A DNA stretch of 64,000 nt from a virus (lineage: Duplodnaviria; Heunggongvirae; Uroviricota; Caudoviricetes), in the IMG/VR virus record IMGVR_UViG_3300021255_000139; one strand, written 5' to 3'. Below, piece by piece: positions 58,734-64,000 of the stretch (within the stretch, counting starts at the first letter, position 1; every line of letters begins with the position of its first letter). Under the pieces are notes generated by a model that searched no databases, was not told where the DNA came from, and saw only the letters and a program-made list of their open reading frames with translations. The position numbers and the translations under genes were made by a program.

Positions 58734-58765
58734 TTTCTTTTACACATAAACCCCATATAGATAAA

Positions 58766-58791
58766 TTGCCGACTGCTTTCGCAGTCAGCAA
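58766..58791 (-). promoter_or_regulatory. hairpin between VR2 and TR2 (GCCGACTGC-TTTC-GCAGTCAGC)
   Basis: seen directly. Confidence 0.35.
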
Positions 58792-58902
58792 AAAAGTTAC
58801 TTCATTTTTACATTTTTTATCCGTCAGAAATTGGCTTCATGTACTTTCAAAAGAAACCTACGGTTTCTCTTGACTTTTCCCTCTGGCTTATCACTACCTG
58901 AA

Positions 58903-60486
58903 TTATGCAGCTACTACGCCACATCTTCCAGTAGCAGAGAGCCGGGCAGAAATGTTCCAGGACGTAGCCGAAAGACCATAGTACAAAAACCGATAGAACA
59001 GACCAGCAAGCGCACCATTGTTCAGAGCGCCGAACGCCAGCACTTCATATGTTCCGTCAGTGTTGTTCATATAATTTCCGTCACAATAACCAGTTGTAGA
59101 AGAAGCAGCTAAAGCAGAAGCACCTCTCACACAAGGATTATTTGAATCAAATCCCATCTCAGAAGGATATTTCCACGCATTCGCTCCACCGGGCATATCA
59201 TATCCATCAACTGTTACATAATTAGAATTAGTTGCAGCATTAGACAGATTTGTGCAATCATAACAAACATCATAATGACCTATCATCGGATCACCAGACT
59301 GTCTATATTTAGCATTTCCAAGCACTTCATACTGACCAATGAACATTTCTACGCCGAAAAATCTACATGGATTTTGACCATTGGTATTGTTATTCGGTGA
59401 TCCACAAGTGCCAAGAACATCATCAGTCGCACCAGTTCTCCAAGGCATATTTGAAATAATACAAGTTGTATCAGTATCAAATGCGTTTCCGTCCAAATAA
59501 ACAGCAGTATACGTTGTGCCATCAACAGTAACTTCTTCAACTTTTGTAACAGTACGTCTGTCTGCTACGTTGTGCATAGAAGCATTATTTCTATCATTAG
59601 ATGTACCACTCAAATGACCAATAGAAGCAACACTCCCTACAAGATATTTCGCAGACTGACCAGATGCTATTAAAGCACGATTAACGCCAGTTTCAGCTTT
59701 TGTAATTGCTACCTGATTGTTATAACTTGTACATCCAGCCATAATAGATTGCGAATCTCTTGTTGCAAAAACCACTTGGAAAAGCGTTTCAAGTAAAAAT
59801 GTATCTTGAATAGTAGTCGCACAATACTGACTTCCTTTTGTATGGAATGTAGTTAATGCAACATTATGACTCATGTGATGATATGCTGCAGCACCACTAA
59901 CGCTCATAGGAGTTCCAGAAGTGCCTTCAGAAGCATAGTATTTTGCAATCGGAATAAATGGACGAATTGTCTTATCTGAACGAACAGCACCCCCCATCGG
60001 GAAGTAACCATCTCTTTTTGTATCAGAAACAGAAATGGTTTCACCAGTTGCATCAATATCAATCTTCACATAAGAAGTGCCAAAAAGCACATAAACATCC
60101 TGTGTGAATTTATCAAATCCATCTTCACCTTCAAAATAGTCAACTACAAATTCGCCATCAGCATCAACATGACCATTGACAGTGAGTCCATTAAAAATAG
60201 CATAATCGTCAAAGTCATTTCTTGCAGCCACCTTATCAGTGGAAGGACGTGCGATCATTCCAACAGCATCGTCCCTTCTGATTCCAGCAGGAGACGGAGA
60301 TGTGCTAAACTTGTTGAAGAAAACACTGAAAACTTTTCCATTTTTCTTTGTGTTAAAATAGTTAGCCGCAACCTGTGTTTTTAGTGTTGCGTTATTATTC
60401 ATCGTCATCATATTGGCGATAATAAAATCTGTATTATCTCGAACTTTATCAAGAGTTGATTTGTCAGCTATATAAATCTTACTCAT
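58903..60486 (-). CDS. DGR2 target: putative receptor-binding/tail protein with C-terminal C-type-lectin-like VR
   Basis: C-terminus LAFGALNNGALAGLFYRFLYYGLSATSWNISAR is the mutagenised copy of TR2-encoded LAFGNLNNGANAGLFNRNLNNGLSNTNWNISAR. Confidence 0.7.
   Translation of the reverse strand: MSKIYIADKSTLDKVRDNTDFIIANMMTMNNNATLKTQVAANYFNTKKNGKVFSVFFNKFSTSPSPAGIRRDDAVGMIARPSTDKVAARNDFDDYAIFNGLTVNGHVDADGEFVVDYFEGEDGFDKFTQDVYVLFGTSYVKIDIDATGETISVSDTKRDGYFPMGGAVRSDKTIRPFIPIAKYYASEGTSGTPMSVSGAAAYHHMSHNVALTTFHTKGSQYCATTIQDTFLLETLFQVVFATRDSQSIMAGCTSYNNQVAITKAETGVNRALIASGQSAKYLVGSVASIGHLSGTSNDRNNASMHNVADRRTVTKVEEVTVDGTTYTAVYLDGNAFDTDTTCIISNMPWRTGATDDVLGTCGSPNNNTNGQNPCRFFGVEMFIGQYEVLGNAKYRQSGDPMIGHYDVCYDCTNLSNAATNSNYVTVDGYDMPGGANAWKYPSEMGFDSNNPCVRGASALAASSTTGYCDGNYMNNTDGTYEVLAFGALNNGALAGLFYRFLYYGLSATSWNISARLSATGRCGVVAA
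58934..59047 (-). repeat. DGR2 variable repeat (VR2)
   Basis: 3' end of 527-aa ORF; every difference from TR2 is at a TR adenine. Confidence 0.8.
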
Positions 60487-60503
60487 TCTTTTTACTCCTT
60501 TTC

Positions 60504-60950
60504 TTATGCACCATCGTCAAGACATAATAATCCGTTTTCTACAGAAAGAGTGTAAACGGTTGCAGTTTCGGTATCAGTCAATTTATTTATCTTTCCATCC
60601 ACTTCACTTATTTTTCCATCCAATTCTTTACCTTGTTTGGCAGAAAGTGGAGTATTAGTAGACGCAGATGTAAGGTTATTTACCACATCTGATTTTTTCA
60701 ATACGTTACCTTCAAACGTAGTAACACGACCAGAAACAGAAGAAATGTCTTGTGCATTTTTATTTATTTGTTGATTCATAGAAGATGCAGAATCAGAGTG
60801 CGAAGAAATCCATGTAGCAATTTCTTTTAGTGTGTCAAATGATTCAGGTGCATCGGCTATAATCTTTGCAATCTCCGTTGAGATTTTTGCTAATATCTTT
60901 TGGTTATATCTTTGAAGTCCATTTTCGTCCAAAAAAGCAGACATAATCAC
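60504..60950 (-). CDS. tail-fibre-like structural protein
   Basis: coiled-coil; C-terminus YTLSVENGLLCLDDGA paralogous to 61258 ORF. Confidence 0.4.
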   Translation of the reverse strand: MIMSAFLDENGLQRYNQKILAKISTEIAKIIADAPESFDTLKEIATWISSHSDSASSMNQQINKNAQDISSVSGRVTTFEGNVLKKSDVVNNLTSASTNTPLSAKQGKELDGKISEVDGKINKLTDTETATVYTLSVENGLLCLDDGA

Positions 60951-60955
60951 ACCTC

Positions 60956-61237
60956 CTATTCAAATAGATTATCTATAAAGGAGTTTGAAATTGCTTCTAC
61001 TTCAGAACCGCTCGAACTTCCTCCTGACGATTCAGCATAAGAAACCCATGTATCATCGCCCTTTAAAAAATATTTCGTTCCATCAGAACAACGTGCGATA
61101 GAACCTTGACTGCAAGTATTTAATCCAGCAGAACCTTTCTTTTTTGTGGTTGGGAGTGCGGACAAATCACTTGCACTATCAATAGCGAATATACAATAAT
61201 TTGTTTCGCTATTGCGTCCAATTAAACAAAGAGACAT
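60956..61237 (-). CDS. hypothetical structural protein
   Basis: ORF. Confidence 0.3.
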   Translation of the reverse strand: MSLCLIGRNSETNYCIFAIDSASDLSALPTTKKKGSAGLNTCSQGSIARCSDGTKYFLKGDDTWVSYAESSGGSSSGSEVEAISNSFIDNLFE

Positions 61238-61257
61238 AATTTATCCTCACTTTCTTA

Positions 61258-61788
61258 TTAAGATTGTTCATTGCCATCAGTTTCAATAACGCCATCATCT
61301 AAGTACATAACGCCACCTTCTACACCAAGCGTATAAACTTGACCGTCTAAATCATCTGTCATTGAATTTAATCCGGCAGTCAGATTATCTACATTTTGTG
61401 CAGCACTGTTCGCAGCAGCAGCAGCTTGTGTGGCAGCTTCGGCAGCTTGATTAGCAAGAGCAGCAGAAGCAGTCATACTCGAACTGAATTGTCGCACTTC
61501 ATCATAATATGAAGCCATAACTGTATTCAGTTTTTCCATTCGTTCGTTATTGACAATAATAGGAAGATCAAAGAAAGTGTGGACACCATCGCCTTGTCTT
61601 ATATTAAAATACTTAATCGTAGGATTATCTTCATCGGTAGTGATTTCAACTGCGATTTCTCGTTCGTCCAAAATCAGAACATTTTCTACCGCTTGATAAT
61701 CTGCCGTAGTACCAGTAAGCAGTTTAATAACAGCCATAGAATCCTCCTTATTCTCCGAGTAATCTAATCGCCGGAGTTCCACCATCAA
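61258..61788 (-). CDS. tail-fibre-like structural protein
   Basis: N-terminus paralogous to 61748 ORF; C-terminus YTLGVEGGVMYLDDGV. Confidence 0.4.
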   Translation of the reverse strand: MMVELRRLDYSENKEDSMAVIKLLTGTTADYQAVENVLILDEREIAVEITTDEDNPTIKYFNIRQGDGVHTFFDLPIIVNNERMEKLNTVMASYYDEVRQFSSSMTASAALANQAAEAATQAAAAANSAAQNVDNLTAGLNSMTDDLDGQVYTLGVEGGVMYLDDGVIETDGNEQS

Positions 61789-62449
61789 AATCTATACCAG
61801 TGTATTCAGTCAGTCTCCTTGCGATAGTAAAGCAATCTATATCAATGATTGTCCTAACTCGTTTGTGGGGCTTTTCACCATCACACACGATTGTACATGA
61901 GCGATAAAGTGCTTCTGCCCGTCTAAAATAATCTTCTACGCTGTCCAGAATTTGTTCCGAATTTGCGAGAAGTGAATTTTCAATGATGTCTTGGATTTCG
62001 TCTTTGAGATCAGATACATCCTCTTTGTAGCCTTGTGCATCACTTGCATATTGTGCAGCATTTGAAGCAGCAGCTATCGCATTTGTATAATACTGACCAG
62101 CGGAATCCTTTGATTGTCTTGCTTGGGTCGCATAGTCATTTGCAGACCTTTCGCTTTGCTTTGCTTGATTAGAATAATACTGTGCATTGTCGTATTCCTC
62201 ATTCTCTCGTGAGTTCGTGTCTCCACGAGCATAACTTCGAGTTTCGACAAGGAGACTATGAACAGCATCATAATCAAAACTGTATGGCAAGTCATTCCAC
62301 GGGGTTTGACCATCGCCAATTTTCATTTTCCAAGGTGTACTTGATCGTGGCACTACTTCAACCGCCAACTCTCTTTCTTCGAGAATTGGGTTTCTTGCAG
62401 ACCAGTTTGCAGCAGTATCACCACGGATTCTTATTTTTATATAAGCCAT
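61748..62449 (-). CDS. tail-fibre-like structural protein
   Basis: ELAVEVVP...KIGDGQTPWNDLPY N-terminal module shared with 61258 ORF. Confidence 0.4.
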   Translation of the reverse strand: MAYIKIRIRGDTAANWSARNPILEERELAVEVVPRSSTPWKMKIGDGQTPWNDLPYSFDYDAVHSLLVETRSYARGDTNSRENEEYDNAQYYSNQAKQSERSANDYATQARQSKDSAGQYYTNAIAAASNAAQYASDAQGYKEDVSDLKDEIQDIIENSLLANSEQILDSVEDYFRRAEALYRSCTIVCDGEKPHKRVRTIIDIDCFTIARRLTEYTGIDFDGGTPAIRLLGE

Positions 62450-62501
62450 ATGTCACCTCTATATTAAATAAGAGTGGGAGAGTAATTCCCCCACTCATAT
62501 A

Positions 62502-63842
62502 TTATCTACGCCAAATATTAAGAGAAGTCGTATAGTTAGCATCTAATGCATTGATAGAATTATAGTTACTCAAACCAGTACAACTATGTATTGCACCAAA
62601 GTAACCATTCTGACTACCTTCAATCTTACTGAATATATTACCGTCATAGAATGCCGGAAGATTACCAGTCAAATTTGCACATTCGTAGAACAAAGCACCA
62701 ACATATTTCAGTTTAGTGTTTTTTGCACTACCATGTAAGAAAGTAGCAACGACTTGCGTAATATTTGTGAAAGCAAACAAAGCATATACACTTTCCAGAG
62801 TAGCAATGCAGTTCGCCATAAATGTAGCATTTATAGTTCCAGTCAAATGATCAATTCCATAGAATGCCCTTTCTGCCGTTACAAGTTGAACCTGTCTTGC
62901 AAAAAGAGTTTCAGGAACATTACAAGCTGGAATATTATAACATTCTCTAAATACATCATTGACACTTGTCAACGCAACGCATTTCGTAAAGAAGTTTGGT
63001 GCGACCAAATAATTCAATCCAGTATTCTCGTCATAATACGCTTGATCCAAACCACGACATTTATAGAACATAGAAGCAACCGTTGTCAGCGCAGTATATC
63101 TATCTGTAATGCTTGAAGTATAGAACATATCTTCCGGGAATCCACCTGTCAGATATTCACAATCATAGAAACAGTAAGAAGCATTCTGCAAATTCAAACA
63201 GTCAGCCAAAAATCCTTTTTGTGTAATATTACCGTTTTCATCTTTTGTTCCAGTTGGCAGTTCGCCAGTCAGACCAAGACAACCATAGAACATATAAGAA
63301 ACATTCTGTAATGTCTGTCTGCAACTATTGAACATATTAACAGGAATAGAACCTTGCAACAGTGCGCAGTTATAGAACAAATATGACGTATTCACAAGAG
63401 AAGTACATCCTGCAAACATATTACTTGGAATAGAGAATGTGTGATTCGTGTTATTATGGAAAAATCCAGCCACATTTTGTAAGTTCGGACAATTAGTAAA
63501 TAAACTGTCAGCAACTCCGACCATAGCTGAATTATCAATGTCATTACCTGTCAGCATAGAACATCCAGCAAACATATACGATGCATTAACAATGTTATTT
63601 TTACATGATTCAAAGATTGAAACCACATTTCCATTTACAGTTTTATATGGAATACAACCTGTTAATCCAGCACAGTTCTGGAATGCGTATGATGTATTTT
63701 GTAACAACGTATTATTCTCAAACAATGCAATCGAAAGAGAATTACCATATTCATCGTCTACACCATTATTATCATAATAGCAGTATTTCAATGCCCTATT
63801 TTCTGAAGCATGATAGAATAGATAACTGACATCTGTAAGCAT
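62502..63842 (-). CDS. BspA-type leucine-rich-repeat protein (possible tail/adhesion protein)
   Basis: about 20 repeats of about 22 aa of the form ...YMF.GC..LTG.... Confidence 0.55.
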   Translation of the reverse strand: MLTDVSYLFYHASENRALKYCYYDNNGVDDEYGNSLSIALFENNTLLQNTSYAFQNCAGLTGCIPYKTVNGNVVSIFESCKNNIVNASYMFAGCSMLTGNDIDNSAMVGVADSLFTNCPNLQNVAGFFHNNTNHTFSIPSNMFAGCTSLVNTSYLFYNCALLQGSIPVNMFNSCRQTLQNVSYMFYGCLGLTGELPTGTKDENGNITQKGFLADCLNLQNASYCFYDCEYLTGGFPEDMFYTSSITDRYTALTTVASMFYKCRGLDQAYYDENTGLNYLVAPNFFTKCVALTSVNDVFRECYNIPACNVPETLFARQVQLVTAERAFYGIDHLTGTINATFMANCIATLESVYALFAFTNITQVVATFLHGSAKNTKLKYVGALFYECANLTGNLPAFYDGNIFSKIEGSQNGYFGAIHSCTGLSNYNSINALDANYTTSLNIWRR

Positions 63843-64000
63843 CGGTAATTTTGATAAGAAATCCTCAAAATAACCTTCAACTTTTGTATTTCCAAAGAAA
63901 CCATATAAAGTATATCTGCTACTACTATTAGGAATAAAATCAGTATTTGCAATACCTATGGTTCGGATATTTGGTGCGCCAGCAAAGAAATCTGATGTAA

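Noticed and set aside
58547-58756. 69-aa minus-strand ORF (MGFMCKRKFVLAFGNLNNGANAGLFNRNLNNGLSNTNW...)
   Set aside because: This is the DGR2 template repeat read in the VR frame (AAC-rich giving poly-Asn). TRs are non-coding templates, not genes.
1-64000. CRISPR arrays, rRNA and tRNA genes
   Set aside because: No regularly spaced direct repeats, rRNA-like or cloverleaf-forming segments were recognised by eye. tRNAs cannot be excluded without tRNAscan.

Overview
This 64-kb, AT-rich window reads as a temperate-phage-like genome segment, probably a phage of a low-GC Firmicute. Bases 1-47631 are one plus-strand block and 47719-64000 are minus-strand. Plus-strand contents: (1) a replication module with an HD hydrolase, DnaB-like helicase, DnaG-like primase, Cas4/RecB-like nuclease, DnaE-type polymerase, ERCC4-like nuclease and NAD-dependent ligase. 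(2) A DNA-modification island with two PAPS-reductase/PP-loop proteins, five DNA methyltransferases (2 C5, 3 amino), a radical SAM protein, a GHKL ATPase, a SLOG protein, a macrodomain, a PTH2-like protein and a cysteine desulfurase. (3) A complete diversity-generating retroelement (DGR1: target with VR, Avd, TR, RT). (4) An SPFH protein. (5) An RNA-repair-like module (metallophosphatase, RNA ligase, kinase/HD Pnkp). (6) Nucleotide metabolism genes (ThyA, DHFR, GMP-kinase/5'-nucleotidase fusion, anaerobic RNR NrdD and activase NrdG). (7) A large serine recombinase. Minus-strand contents: at least four cell-wall hydrolases plus a low-confidence TIM-barrel hydrolase-like gene, membrane and holin-like proteins, a second DGR (RT2, TR2, VR2 in a 527-aa putative receptor-binding protein), paralogous tail-fibre-like proteins and a BspA-type LRR protein. 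The most notable items are the two independent DGRs, a DndA/DndC-like (SspA/SspD-like) sulfur-transfer gene pair, a family of three covarying structured leader elements in front of modification genes, an apparently circularly permuted C5-methyltransferase, and a poly-G frameshift in a methyltransferase. All calls are from motif reading by eye; no database searches were run.
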